DNA of 64,000 nt from a virus (IMGVR_UViG_3300025018_000141:1-64000); one strand, 5' to 3'; counted from the stretch's first letter, positions 1 to 9,448 are shown. Notes: generated by a model from the sequence alone, not told the origin. A program made the numbers and translations.

Positions 1-78
1 AAAGACATTCCTACTCAAAAAATTCCCATCAGTACATTTCCGCCACAGATACCAAATATTCCCTCTGTAAATTTATAA
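1..78 (+). CDS. 3' end of an upstream gene (partial, Pro-rich)
   Basis: Frame open from base 1 (KDIPTQKIPISTFPPQIPNIPSVNL*), stop 4 nt before the next ATG. Confidence 0.35.
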   Translation, partial: KDIPTQKIPISTFPPQIPNIPSVNL

Positions 79-82
79 ACCT

Positions 83-742
83 ATGAAATTAAAATATCCA
101 AAAAATTATAAAATTAAAGCTCCACCAACAAAGGAAGAAGATAAGCTTACTGACGAAGAACTTAAGAAGTGGCTAAATACGAAGGGACATATTCCAAATG
201 CTTTAAGACGACAAGTTATTGAAGCAAAAAGAAAACCGTTAATAGAAGAGAGTCAAAAAATTAGAGCAGTTAGAAAACAAAAAAGAGGAGATACTCAAAA
301 AATTGTTCAAAGACAGAAGTTAGATCTATTCCTTGAGGAGTTTTTAAAGAATGGGGGGAATGCCACTCGAGCCGCATTACGCGTATTCAATTGTAAGTCT
401 TTGTCTTCTGCGGCAGTAGTTGGTTCTTTGTATTTACAGAAAGGCAGGGCATCTGGGCGGCTTCATCTTGAAAAGAAAGGGTATGGGTATGGAAAACTTT
501 TGGATGTTGCAACTAAAAAAATGGAAGAATCTAAAAATCCAGAATGGTGGGATCGAATTATGAAGATTGCTAAATATGAAGATTTCTTGGAAAAAAAGAA
601 TACTGGTGCTCCTGTTGCTGTTAATGTATTTCAAGCTCATAAAAGCTTTGTATCAGATTATATAGAGGATGCAGAAATTGTGAAGGACGAAATCAGTCTT
701 GATGATATGGAAGCCGTGGAGGAGGCAGAAGATGAAGATTAA
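83..742 (+). CDS. terS: Terminase small subunit (putative)
   Basis: HTH-like segment FLEEFLKNGGNATRAALRVF; directly upstream of and overlapping the large terminase. Confidence 0.65.
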   Translation: MKLKYPKNYKIKAPPTKEEDKLTDEELKKWLNTKGHIPNALRRQVIEAKRKPLIEESQKIRAVRKQKRGDTQKIVQRQKLDLFLEEFLKNGGNATRAALRVFNCKSLSSAAVVGSLYLQKGRASGRLHLEKKGYGYGKLLDVATKKMEESKNPEWWDRIMKIAKYEDFLEKKNTGAPVAVNVFQAHKSFVSDYIEDAEIVKDEISLDDMEAVEEAEDED

Positions 743-1649
743 CTATCAGAAATTCATCGAGGAAAATTTTCTCGTTCCCGATAAGGACACACTTAGTCCA
801 ATACCCTTTAAATTAAATACTGTTCAGGAAAAATACTACAGACTTTTAAACGAGAGACATCCCAATATGGAAGGTATTCGAGAAATTGTTTTGAAAGCAC
901 GTCAGCAGGGTATGTCTTCTTTTATACTTGCGCTTTTTGCAGTGGACTTTATTGTTCGACCCTATTCTGTTTCTATTTGTATTTCTCATAGAAAAGATTC
1001 TACCGATCTTCTTTTTAAAAAGGTTAAGGCATATATTACTTCATACTTTGCAAAACTTGCAGAAAAGCAGGGGACTAGCTTAGAGGCAGTTCAAAAGCAG
1101 TTTTTAAAATCAGACAACAGAAATCTTATTGAGAATGCCGAAAATGATGCAATATTTTATATTGGAACAGCAGGAGCGAAAGTAGGAGGACGTGGAGGAA
1201 CGGCTACTAATATTTTATTTTCAGAATGTGCGTTTTATCAAGATACCGAGCTTATTACAGCACAGGAAATCGTCGTAGGTACTGCTCAGCAGGTCCCCCA
1301 AGATCATGGAATGATCTTTATTGAATCAACAGCAAACGGAGAGGGTAATTATTATCACGAAACATGGGAGAAGGCAAACGAGTTTGATGATAATGGCGCG
1401 AGACTTAGTGTTTACTATCCACAGTTTTTTGGTTGGCAAGAATTTTACTCAGAAGAGTGGATAGAGAAAAAGAAGAAGGAGTTTCCTAATGAGAAGATGG
1501 CAATGCAAGAGTATCCCTCTGATCCAGATGAAGCATTTGTGACATCGGGTACTCCATATTTCAATACGCTAATTTTAAATGAAATGTTAAAGGCAAAAAC
1601 CGATCCAATAAGACAGGGACGATTTGCACCAGATGGTCAATTTTCTTAA
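732..1649 (+). CDS. terL: Terminase large subunit, N-terminal ATPase part
   Basis: IVLKARQQGMSS Walker A, ILFSEC Walker B, FIESTANG motif III; GGAGG at 721 favours ATG 732 over 699. Confidence 0.9.
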   Translation: MKINYQKFIEENFLVPDKDTLSPIPFKLNTVQEKYYRLLNERHPNMEGIREIVLKARQQGMSSFILALFAVDFIVRPYSVSICISHRKDSTDLLFKKVKAYITSYFAKLAEKQGTSLEAVQKQFLKSDNRNLIENAENDAIFYIGTAGAKVGGRGGTATNILFSECAFYQDTELITAQEIVVGTAQQVPQDHGMIFIESTANGEGNYYHETWEKANEFDDNGARLSVYYPQFFGWQEFYSEEWIEKKKKEFPNEKMAMQEYPSDPDEAFVTSGTPYFNTLILNEMLKAKTDPIRQGRFAPDGQFS

Positions 1650-1652
1650 AAA

Positions 1653-2213
1653 ATGTATTGTGAATCTTGTAAAAAAAACCTAACAGAAAAACAAATTAAA
1701 CAAAAAAATAAAACATGCAGTCATAAGTGTAGGGACATGATACATTCTAAAAGAATGCGAGGAAAAAATCATCCCCTATATGGAAAACATTTATCAAAGA
1801 AATGGAAAGAAAATATTTCAAAAGCGACTAAAGGAAAAAATAAAGGAGCAAGATTTTCCCCAAAAACAGAATTTAAAAAAGGTGATCAAAAAAATATAAA
1901 AGCATATTCTTTTCCAAAAGGAGAGGGAAATCCTTCTTGGAAGGGTGGCATATTGAGATCAGAGAGACAAAGAATAATGAAAACCGATGAATATAAAAAA
2001 TGGAGAAACGGGGTTTTTAAAAGAGACAATTATGTATGTCAAATATGCGGTAAACGAGGAAATAAATTACAAGCCGATCATATAAAGAGATTCTCCGATT
2101 ATCCAGAATTAAGATTTAAATTAGATAATGGAAGAACCTTGTGTGTGTCTTGTCACATACTCACGCCAAACTATGGAAATAAAAACTTATGTCAAAAATA
2201 TCAAATAATATAG
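1653..2213 (+). CDS. HNH homing endonuclease (Zn finger + NUMOD3-like + HNH)
   Basis: CxxC..CSHKC, NPSWKGG, CQICG...ADHIKRF...NGRTLCVSCH. Confidence 0.9.
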   Translation: MYCESCKKNLTEKQIKQKNKTCSHKCRDMIHSKRMRGKNHPLYGKHLSKKWKENISKATKGKNKGARFSPKTEFKKGDQKNIKAYSFPKGEGNPSWKGGILRSERQRIMKTDEYKKWRNGVFKRDNYVCQICGKRGNKLQADHIKRFSDYPELRFKLDNGRTLCVSCHILTPNYGNKNLCQKYQII

Positions 2214-2860
2214 AACCAGTAAGACAATACCGAGAACTCGAGCACGACGAGCAGTTTGTTGTATTTGGGGATCCCGCTGAGTCTCAGGACTATTGTGCAG
2301 CTGTGGCATTTAGTAAGAAGCATTACGACTTTCCTCTTGTTATGAATACTATTATTGAGTCAAGTCAGTTTGGGTATGAGCTTTTTTACATGTGTAAATA
2401 TATTTTTAGCAAAACTGGCATTTACCCGAAACTTGCAGTAGAACGCAATACTGGTCAGGCAACTATTTATGTTTTAAAGACTCTTAATTATCCAGATCTT
2501 TTTAGAATGGTTGACTTTGCCGCGCAGGGTGGATCTTATGAGAAGGGAAGTATTGGGTGGATTACAACTGGTGCTATTTCTGGAGGAGAGTTAGTTGGGA
2601 CTCGAAGAAAAATGCTTGATGATCTTTCTCTTTCTATAAATCAGGGGATGTTGAAAATGTATGACGAACAACAAATTAGACAGTTGAAGTCTTTCATGAT
2701 AGTAAAGGGTCGTGCGCAGGCTCGAGCACATAAGAAGGACGATTTGGTTATGGCTAGTGCTGGAGCATGGCAGGTAGCACAACTTACTCCAGATCACGAT
2801 TGGGGAGATCAAGACAATGAGACATTTAAAAGAGAGCAGGAAAAGTGGAGATTTAAATAA
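2189..2860 (+). CDS. terL: Terminase large subunit, C-terminal RNase H-like nuclease part
   Basis: VVFGDPAE, LAVERN and KKDDLVMA acidic motifs; follows the ATPase half after the HNH. Confidence 0.85.
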   Translation: MSKISNNIEPVRQYRELEHDEQFVVFGDPAESQDYCAAVAFSKKHYDFPLVMNTIIESSQFGYELFYMCKYIFSKTGIYPKLAVERNTGQATIYVLKTLNYPDLFRMVDFAAQGGSYEKGSIGWITTGAISGGELVGTRRKMLDDLSLSINQGMLKMYDEQQIRQLKSFMIVKGRAQARAHKKDDLVMASAGAWQVAQLTPDHDWGDQDNETFKREQEKWRFK

Positions 2861-2879
2861 TTAATATTTTTTTATTCTT

Positions 2880-3101
2880 ATGAACTTAAAATTTAATGAC
2901 GATGCATATCCATATGCAAAAGATCGATATGAGGCTTCTGTTAAGAGAAATCCAGATTCCTTCTGTCCCAATCATCCAATGATTCTTGCAGAGAATGAAG
3001 AGAAGATTAGATGGGCAGAGGGCGGAGTAACAGAAAAGGATGGAGAAGTAACGCGTTTTCGATATTGCCCTAAATGTCATATCTCGAAAATTATTGAATA
3101 A
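2880..3101 (+). CDS. Small Zn-ribbon hypothetical protein
   Basis: CPNH...CPKC; in operon order. Confidence 0.55.
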   Translation: MNLKFNDDAYPYAKDRYEASVKRNPDSFCPNHPMILAENEEKIRWAEGGVTEKDGEVTRFRYCPKCHISKIIE

Positions 3102-3103
3102 AT

Positions 3104-3421
3104 GTGTCTATTATGAAAAAAGTATCAGAAGAATTAGACTATTACAAACAACAATCTAGAAATGAATTTGCATTTCGTGAGATGCTTAAGGTGGTCAAAC
3201 CAGACCTATTTGTTCTTTTTGACCTTTTAGAATCAACAAATGTAAATGTGCTTGTACTTTTGAAAATAATCAGACATATCAAAAATATTGATGCAGGGAA
3301 TGGCTATGGAACAATCTCTATCAACATAGAGAATGGAAGGGTGATGTTTATTAAGGGAGAAGAATCCGATAAAGTAAACGAGCCAGCAGTAGTTGAAAGA
3401 AAAAAAACTATTGACAAATAA
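3104..3421 (+). CDS. Hypothetical protein
   Basis: Tightly packed 105-aa ORF. Confidence 0.6.
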   Translation: MSIMKKVSEELDYYKQQSRNEFAFREMLKVVKPDLFVLFDLLESTNVNVLVLLKIIRHIKNIDAGNGYGTISINIENGRVMFIKGEESDKVNEPAVVERKKTIDK

Positions 3422-3440
3422 AGATATAGCCTGATACGTT
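3411..3440 (+). promoter_or_regulatory. Sigma70-like promoter, 18-bp spacer, upstream of portal
   Basis: TTGACA 3411-3416, TACGTT 3435-3440. Confidence 0.5.
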
Positions 3441-3479
3441 TTTTATACATAGGTTAGAAAGGCGAAAAACGCCGTTTAG

Positions 3480-3535
3480 CCGACCAATTTAATAGAACCC
3501 ATTAATTTGGGTTTTTTTAATGGTCGGGTTTTTTT
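3480..3535 (+). terminator. Nested double terminator-like hairpin in portal leader
   Basis: Outer CCGACCA/TGGTCGG + T7, inner AACCC/GGGTT + T-run; ends 13 nt before portal ATG. Confidence 0.65.
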
Positions 3536-3548
3536 ATGTACAATTATT

Positions 3549-5678
3549 ATGGCTGATTTAAAAGATCTTAGCAAAACGAAAAAAAAGGAAGAGGAAATCT
3601 TCAACGAATGTAAGATACACTCTGACATTGGTTTTGATGAGACCGACAAACGCTCAACGGGGAGAAACAGAATAGGATCTATTTCCTTCGATGAAGCTGA
3701 CGAACTTTTTAGATCATGGCTTGATGAAAACAAGTGGCCATATGATGCTCTTCTTTTTGATCCACGAATCTTCACTTTTATTTTTGAAAAAACTTCACGA
3801 CTTATTGCAAATAAACCAAGGGGCCACTTAATTCCGCGAGAAGGCTCAGATGTACTTTCTGCAAAAATTAACAATGCTCTTCTCGACTACCAATGGGATA
3901 TGGCTAACGTTGGCGGATCCATGATTTCTAAATGGGCAATGATGGATATGAATACTCGAAAGTATGGAGCTTCTTTTGCTCTTTGTAAGTGGAGATACGA
4001 AACAGATAGTTTCAATAAGGTGGTGTTTGACGGACCAGATATGCAAGTTCTCAATAACCGTGATATTGCACATGATCTTAGCGCAACTTCTATTCAATCG
4101 TGTAATTGGTTTCAGGTTAGACAATATGTTACTGTTCAGGATTTACAAAATGTTAATGATCAGGGAAGAACTGCTCCTATATATAAAAACTTAGATCGAC
4201 TCAAATATGCAATTTCAACTGCCGAGGGAAGTTTAGGTGGAGGAGATGGACGAGAAACTAATTGGATTTCTAGAAATAGAACCATTGCGGGACTCGAGAC
4301 TGACCCGTATGGAAAGGACCCTGCATTTAAGACGGTTGAAGTCATTACAGAATACAGAAAAGACAGATGGATTACTTTTGCCAAGAATGAAGGCGTAATT
4401 CTTCGCGACATTCCTAACCCTTACGAAAATAATGAAATTCCTGTTGTCATGCTTAGTTATTATCGTATTGATGATGATTTATATGGTGTGTCAGAAATTG
4501 AGCCAGTAAAAGGACTTCAAAAGGCAATTAATGCCCTTCTTTGTCAATATGTTGATGAAATTAATCAACAACTATACTCACCTATTGCAATCGGTCCAGG
4601 TGTTCGCCAACATACTCTTGAATGGGGTAAGGGTGCACGGTGGATCATGAACAATCCCATGACAGACTTCAGATTGGTTGAATCTCGATCAAACGCCTCT
4701 CAGCTTTTCAGTCAAACCTATTCTGTTCTTGTCTCTTCAATGATGAACGCACTCGGAGAGTCTTCTTTGGGGGTGTCAAATATTCAACCATATCAAAAAG
4801 ACAAGACAGCAACGGAAGTGAAGGCGTTACAACTTCAGAGAAATTCTCGAGATAACTACAATCAAATATTTTTATCAGAATCAATTAAAAGACAAATGAT
4901 GCTTTGGCATACAATGAACCAAAAACTTCTTTTCTCTGATCCTGAAAAACAATACTACATTATGAGAATTGTTGGACCAGACATAGTACAAAAATTCAAA
5001 GAGTCAAAGCTTAATGACAAAATTTATTTGGTTCAGGAAAGCAAAAAACTTCTTGAAGAGAGTATGGAGTCGTTCCAAAAAACGGGGAAAGTAAATGAAG
5101 CACTTCCACTTGATGATGGGGGAACTCCAAAATACAAAGTTAATATTGGTTCAAAAGATAAGCCAGATTATTCTTCTAAATTTGATATGGACGAAGGAGA
5201 TAAGAGCGCACTACTTATTGTAGAACCTGAGGATATTAAGGGAATGTTTGACTTCTCAATTGATGTTCAATCAATGACTGCAAATGCAGATGATGAAAGA
5301 AAAGCAGGAAGACAACAAGCAATAATGCTTCTTACATCAAATCCAAATATTTCACAAATGCTTTTGCAAGAGGGAATTAAGCCTAAGTTTAAAGATCTCT
5401 TTGTTACTTGGCTTGAAGACCTTGGATTTTCAGATGCTGAAAAATACTTTGAGAAGGGAAAAGAACTACCAACGGGACCTGGAGGAGGGCCACCAAGTCC
5501 ACAAAACATCATGGGGCAACTCGCTGGGGGCGGAGGAGAACCAACTGGTATTCCAGGAGGAACTGATCCAAGCGCGGGGGGAGAATCCGCGGGACAGTCA
5601 CCATTTGGACCAGAACAACAAGGAATAAATACTAGTTCATTAGATCCAGAACAATTAAAAAATTTCTTTAAACAATAA
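3549..5678 (+). CDS. Portal protein
   Basis: ~709 aa, after terminase; podovirus-type portal features, Gly/Pro-rich C-tail; ATG 3549 follows the leader hairpin. Confidence 0.85.
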   Translation: MADLKDLSKTKKKEEEIFNECKIHSDIGFDETDKRSTGRNRIGSISFDEADELFRSWLDENKWPYDALLFDPRIFTFIFEKTSRLIANKPRGHLIPREGSDVLSAKINNALLDYQWDMANVGGSMISKWAMMDMNTRKYGASFALCKWRYETDSFNKVVFDGPDMQVLNNRDIAHDLSATSIQSCNWFQVRQYVTVQDLQNVNDQGRTAPIYKNLDRLKYAISTAEGSLGGGDGRETNWISRNRTIAGLETDPYGKDPAFKTVEVITEYRKDRWITFAKNEGVILRDIPNPYENNEIPVVMLSYYRIDDDLYGVSEIEPVKGLQKAINALLCQYVDEINQQLYSPIAIGPGVRQHTLEWGKGARWIMNNPMTDFRLVESRSNASQLFSQTYSVLVSSMMNALGESSLGVSNIQPYQKDKTATEVKALQLQRNSRDNYNQIFLSESIKRQMMLWHTMNQKLLFSDPEKQYYIMRIVGPDIVQKFKESKLNDKIYLVQESKKLLEESMESFQKTGKVNEALPLDDGGTPKYKVNIGSKDKPDYSSKFDMDEGDKSALLIVEPEDIKGMFDFSIDVQSMTANADDERKAGRQQAIMLLTSNPNISQMLLQEGIKPKFKDLFVTWLEDLGFSDAEKYFEKGKELPTGPGGGPPSPQNIMGQLAGGGGEPTGIPGGTDPSAGGESAGQSPFGPEQQGINTSSLDPEQLKNFFKQ

Positions 5679-5680
5679 TT

Positions 5681-5998
5681 ATGAATCTAAAATCTACACC
5701 AATTAAATTACACGATGAGGAAGATCAGGAATTACGAAGAGCACAGGAAGTATACGAAACAACACAAACTCCTGGTTTTAAAGTAATAAAAGAAAAGTTA
5801 GAAACTTTAGGTTTTCATGCTTGGGTTGATCCGCGAGGAACAACAAAAGAAGAATGGGCATGGCAAGAATTAAATGCTTACCACGCTGCAAATAATGCAA
5901 AAGAACTTCTCGAATGGATAAGTCAAATGGTAAGTCGCGGTGAATATTTAGATAAAAAAAAGAAAGGTGAGTTATCAGTAAATCCGATGAAGATATGA
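5681..5998 (+). CDS. Hypothetical protein (head module)
   Basis: Packed ORF after portal. Confidence 0.65.
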   Translation: MNLKSTPIKLHDEEDQELRRAQEVYETTQTPGFKVIKEKLETLGFHAWVDPRGTTKEEWAWQELNAYHAANNAKELLEWISQMVSRGEYLDKKKKGELSVNPMKI

Positions 5999-6267
5999 GC
6001 ACAACCCTTCCCCCGCTTCCAAGAAGCGATGGGTATGCAATAGAAAGAAATATTAGAGACAACTTTTACAAAGTTAAGTCAAGAGATTTTTGGGGAGAAG
6101 GAGAAGTAGTAAGAGAAGAGATTAGACCGTTTGTAAAGTGCGATCATAAGTTCCATGCGACAGAATCTGGTGTTAGTTGTCAGAAGTGTCACATGGGCCT
6201 TAAAGGTCCAGGATTAGAAATTAGAGATGGCAAATTGTTTTATAAAAACGAGCCCATCAAAAATTAG
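5995..6267 (+). CDS. Hypothetical Zn-finger protein
   Basis: CDH...CQKC; ATGA overlap. Confidence 0.6.
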   Translation: MSTTLPPLPRSDGYAIERNIRDNFYKVKSRDFWGEGEVVREEIRPFVKCDHKFHATESGVSCQKCHMGLKGPGLEIRDGKLFYKNEPIKN

Positions 6268-6275
6268 GGTTTTTT
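6251..6275 (+). terminator. Terminator-like hairpin before scaffold gene
   Basis: AGCCC-11 nt-GGGTT followed by T-run. Confidence 0.4.
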
Positions 6276-6365
6276 GCGATAGTGGGTAAACCACAATCAC
6301 ATCCACCTGCCCCGTTGCGTGAGGGGCATGATAAATATTCCGCATGTGAAAGGAGGTGAAAAAAT

Positions 6366-7208
6366 ATGACCGAAATAAACCAACCCAATACGGGGACGGT
6401 TCAGCCACAGCAAGATCCTGTGCAGGTGCAAGCACCAGCAGTAGACGATGCCAAAGCAAGAACCACAGAACAATTCAATAAGTTGTTAGAAAACAATAGA
6501 AAGTTGCACGAGACGAATGAGCAGCTACAGAGACAGATTGGACAGAGACAAAATGTAAACAATACATTCCAACCTATTCAAGATGTCCCAGCTATAGCTC
6601 AACATCCAGCTCGTCAGCAAGTGAATGCAGAAGACTTTGTTGAAATCGACCCTGCCACTGGTCAGCCATTTATTAATGAGCAAAGACTAAAGAGCAAGTT
6701 AGATGAAATAAATAAAAAAGCATCACAGGCTGAAAGAACAATCGAAAATTACATCAAGACAACTGAAAAAAGAGAAATAGATCGACAGAATTCAGAGGCG
6801 TTCATAACACATCCTGAACTTAATCCAGAATCTGAAAAATTCGATCTTGAGTTTAACAAGCAGGTGCGAGGAATGTTACTTGACTCCATGTACAACATGG
6901 CAGACTACGGAGGGCGACCACTTTCTTTCAAGGAAGCGGGAGACTACGTGAAATCAAAAGCAACACCAGCTCAAGTTAAAGAAGAACAAGTAGTTAAGGT
7001 AGCAGAAGGAAAGCCAGCAGAAGGAGGCAATGATTTGAAGATGCAAAGTGCAGCGGGAGTAAATAACCAGCAACCACAACAGCAAAGACAAACAATGCAA
7101 GACTCTGAAGAACTAAGACAATTAGTTATGGCGACAAGAAAAGGAAATCTAGATGCTTTAACTCAACGATTAATGAACACAGAGCATTCGCGCAAAGAGG
7201 GCGAATGA
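6366..7208 (+). CDS. Capsid scaffolding protein (putative)
   Basis: Q-rich coiled-coil protein directly before the MCP; strong SD AAAGGAGGTGA. Confidence 0.7.
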   Translation: MTEINQPNTGTVQPQQDPVQVQAPAVDDAKARTTEQFNKLLENNRKLHETNEQLQRQIGQRQNVNNTFQPIQDVPAIAQHPARQQVNAEDFVEIDPATGQPFINEQRLKSKLDEINKKASQAERTIENYIKTTEKREIDRQNSEAFITHPELNPESEKFDLEFNKQVRGMLLDSMYNMADYGGRPLSFKEAGDYVKSKATPAQVKEEQVVKVAEGKPAEGGNDLKMQSAAGVNNQQPQQQRQTMQDSEELRQLVMATRKGNLDALTQRLMNTEHSRKEGE

Positions 7209-7289
7209 GTATAGGGTTATTCCCAACCCACCCCATACTCAATTTTTAAAAGAAAGGGTATGGGGTGCCAATTAAGGGGGGTGATATTT

Positions 7290-7337
7290 ATGGCTTGGGG
7301 ACTTATTTCGTATCAGGACGGGGGAAGAAGAGAGGAT
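7290..7337 (+). CDS. Major capsid protein exon 1 (MAWGLISYQDGGRRED)
   Basis: SD GGGGTGA, ATG 7290; ends in U at the group I 5' splice site; joins in frame to LLDVIG. Confidence 0.85.
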
Positions 7338-7385
7338 TGCCCGTGGATATGTAACTCCAAGTTCAACACAACTAGAAGCGCACTG

Positions 7386-7394
7386 TGATATAAT
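7386..7394 (+). promoter_or_regulatory. Extended -10 promoter inside intron 1 driving a leaderless HNH mRNA
   Basis: TGA-TATAAT, then 6 nt, then ATG 7401. Confidence 0.65.
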
Positions 7395-7400
7395 AGCTTT

Positions 7401-8150
7401 ATGAAAAGCTACACATGTCCAGTCTGCAAAAAAGAATTCTCTGCTTATCAGAGAAGAACGACTTGCTCTAAGCAATGTCTTTATAAATATCAATCAAGGC
7501 GTGAGACAAAACCATGCGAGTTTTGTAATAAAGAAATCGTCGATAAGGTAAGCAGGTTCAGGAGAGCTAAAAATGTTTTTTGTACTAGAAAATGTCAGCA
7601 TGAATGGGAAAAACTAAACAAAGTAAAGTACTTAGAATTGCGAAACAAAGAATGGTGCATTAAACAATACGAAACGCTATCTTTAATAAAGATAGCAAAA
7701 ATGCTCAACTGTGGAGAAACAACGGTATTTAAGTATTTCAAAATTCATGGCATTGTCCTTGATAGAAAGAAATGGTTAAAAAACGTACCCAAAAGTCAAC
7801 AACAGAGAAATAAACTTTCTGAGATAAGGCTTAGTAAACAATTAGGAGTTGGAGAAAAAAATGGTAATTGGAAAGGTGGCATCTATAAACTTTCCGCTTC
7901 CATCCGTAACAGTAAAAAGAATGCACAATGGAAAAAAGCTGTAATGGAGATATCCAACAAAGTTTGTGTACTATGCAACTCAAAAGACAGGCTCGAGGTC
8001 GATCATATAAAAAAATTTAGATTTATATTGAGTGACAACAAAATCGAATCCTTGAAAGATGCTTATACTTGCGAAGAACTTTGGGATGTGAATAACGGTA
8101 GAATTCTTTGTCGAAGTTGTAATATCGGAATAGAAGCCGATAAAATTTAG
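7401..8150 (+). CDS. Intron-encoded HNH homing endonuclease
   Basis: Two CxxC..CS/TxxC fingers, NGNWKGG, CVLC...EVDHIKK...NGRILCRSCN. Confidence 0.9.
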   Translation: MKSYTCPVCKKEFSAYQRRTTCSKQCLYKYQSRRETKPCEFCNKEIVDKVSRFRRAKNVFCTRKCQHEWEKLNKVKYLELRNKEWCIKQYETLSLIKIAKMLNCGETTVFKYFKIHGIVLDRKKWLKNVPKSQQQRNKLSEIRLSKQLGVGEKNGNWKGGIYKLSASIRNSKKNAQWKKAVMEISNKVCVLCNSKDRLEVDHIKKFRFILSDNKIESLKDAYTCEELWDVNNGRILCRSCNIGIEADKI

Positions 8151-8321
8151 GTCCTCTATAAAGTACGCTAAACGGTGAACGAAAGGTCTTCCAACGCCGT
8201 GCTAAATTAATAATCTCTTAGAGATAAGAAGTTATTATAAATGTGTAGAGACTATACACGTACCTTTCCGCGAGGAAATGAAGACATAGTCCGATTTTCT
8301 AGGAATAGAAATTAAAAATCG

Positions 8322-8354
8322 CTATTAGATGTTATTGGTGATGTTTCACCAGAT
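8322..8354 (+). CDS. Major capsid protein exon 2 (33-nt microexon, LLDVIGDVSPD)
   Basis: Between intron-ending G 8321 and U 8354; in frame with exons 1 and 3. Confidence 0.85.
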
Positions 8355-8620
8355 GAACTACAAATTGTCTGGCTTGAGAACTGAGAATTGCACTTTAAAA
8401 ACAAAAGTGCCACTTAGGGCTTAAGTAAATAAATACGGGGTTAATTGCTGGGACGTCCAGAACGGATAATCAGCAGCCAAGCCAACAGTAATGTTGGAAG
8501 GTTCGACGGTCAGGATTGAAATAACATCCATAAATGCCCCGACCCGAAAGGGAAGATATGACCTGAACTTACTAGGAATAGTAAGAAGCAAGAAATAGAA
8601 AGCTTGCGATAACATAATTG
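8355..8620 (+). ncRNA. Group I intron 2 in MCP (266 nt, ORF-less)
   Basis: P1 CCAGAU/GUCUGG with U.G; AAUUGCUGGGA / AAUCAGCAG (P/Q); P3 CGGGG/CCCCG; P7 GGUCA/UGACC with AAGAUAUGACC; terminal G 8620. Confidence 0.9.
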
Positions 8621-9448
8621 GAAACACCACTTATGACTCTTTTTGGGACAGCAACCGCTAAAGGAACACTGCATGAATGGATGAAATACAATATTTCACG
8701 ACCAACAACAGTTTCAAGTAGCATCGAAGGAGCAGACACAACGTTTGCAGACCTTACACAACCATCAAGAGAAAACAACGTAACACAAATCATCACTCAA
8801 TCTATCCAAGTTTCTAGAACCGAAAGAAAAGTAAACGTTGCCGCTATGGGAGATCCATACGCATTTCAAAAAGCAGACGCTTTGAGACAAATGAAGATGA
8901 AGATGGAATATGCCATTCTTAACGCCGTTAGAGCATCAGGATCATCTGGTGTCGCACGACAAATGACTGGAATAGACGCATTCATCACTTCTGTTGTAAC
9001 TGGAAGAAATTCTGGAACATCATTCTCAGAACAAGAGCTTAATGATATGACCGCTGACGCTTACACTGCTGTTAGATCAGATAAGGTTTTCGACATGTTG
9101 CTTTGTACCGTTAAAATTAAGCAAGCAATTGCTGGATTTGGAGGAAACTCTACTCGTTACATTGATGCATCTGAAAAGAGACTTACAAAAGACATCCTCG
9201 TTTACGACTCTGCTGTCGGATCGCATAGAATTATGCACCACAGAGATGTTAGAAACGTGGCTGGAACAGTAACTGTTTATGGACTACGTGAAGATCTTCA
9301 CAAAGTAGCTTACCTTGACAAACCTTTGTTTGAGGAGCTTTCTAAAGTTGGAGACGCTGATCGTGGACATTGGGTAACTGAATTCACTCTTGAAGTATTA
9401 GAAGAAAAAGCTGATCTTAAGAGAACAGGTTATAGCCAAACAGGCTGA
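8621..9448 (+). CDS. Major capsid protein exon 3 (spliced product 302 aa; SU10/N4-gp56-like HK97 fold)
   Basis: ETPLMTLFG...HEW, NVTQIITQSIQVSRT; position after scaffold. Confidence 0.88.
   Translation, partial: ETPLMTLFGTATAKGTLHEWMKYNISRPTTVSSSIEGADTTFADLTQPSRENNVTQIITQSIQVSRTERKVNVAAMGDPYAFQKADALRQMKMKMEYAILNAVRASGSSGVARQMTGIDAFITSVVTGRNSGTSFSEQELNDMTADAYTAVRSDKVFDMLLCTVKIKQAIAGFGGNSTRYIDASEKRLTKDILVYDSAVGSHRIMHHRDVRNVAGTVTVYGLREDLHKVAYLDKPLFEELSKVGDADRGHWVTEFTLEVLEEKADLKRTGYSQTG

Larger units (their letters stand above)
7338..8321 (+). mobile_element. Group I intron 1 in MCP (984 nt) with HNH ORF in P1 loop
   Basis: P1 AGAGGAU/GUCCUCU (8151-8157); P3 GUACG/CGUAC; P7 GACUA/UAGUC with AAGACAUAGUCC; terminal G 8321. 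Confidence 0.9.

Noticed and set aside
1650-2213. Group I intron or intein in the terminase gene
   Set aside because: The HNH fills the whole gap; there is no P3/P7 core, no intein termini, and the upstream frame ends in TAA
8618-8620. TTG start for the capsid protein
   Set aside because: This TTG is the intron 2 3' end (omega G); the true N-terminus comes from exons 1 and 2
8572-8796. Numerous antisense or nested ORFs in the track (e.g. 434-640, 3476-3874, 8572-8796, 30594-31019, 42125-42460, 52922-53215)
   Set aside because: They overlap well-supported genes or introns and have no motifs or expression signals
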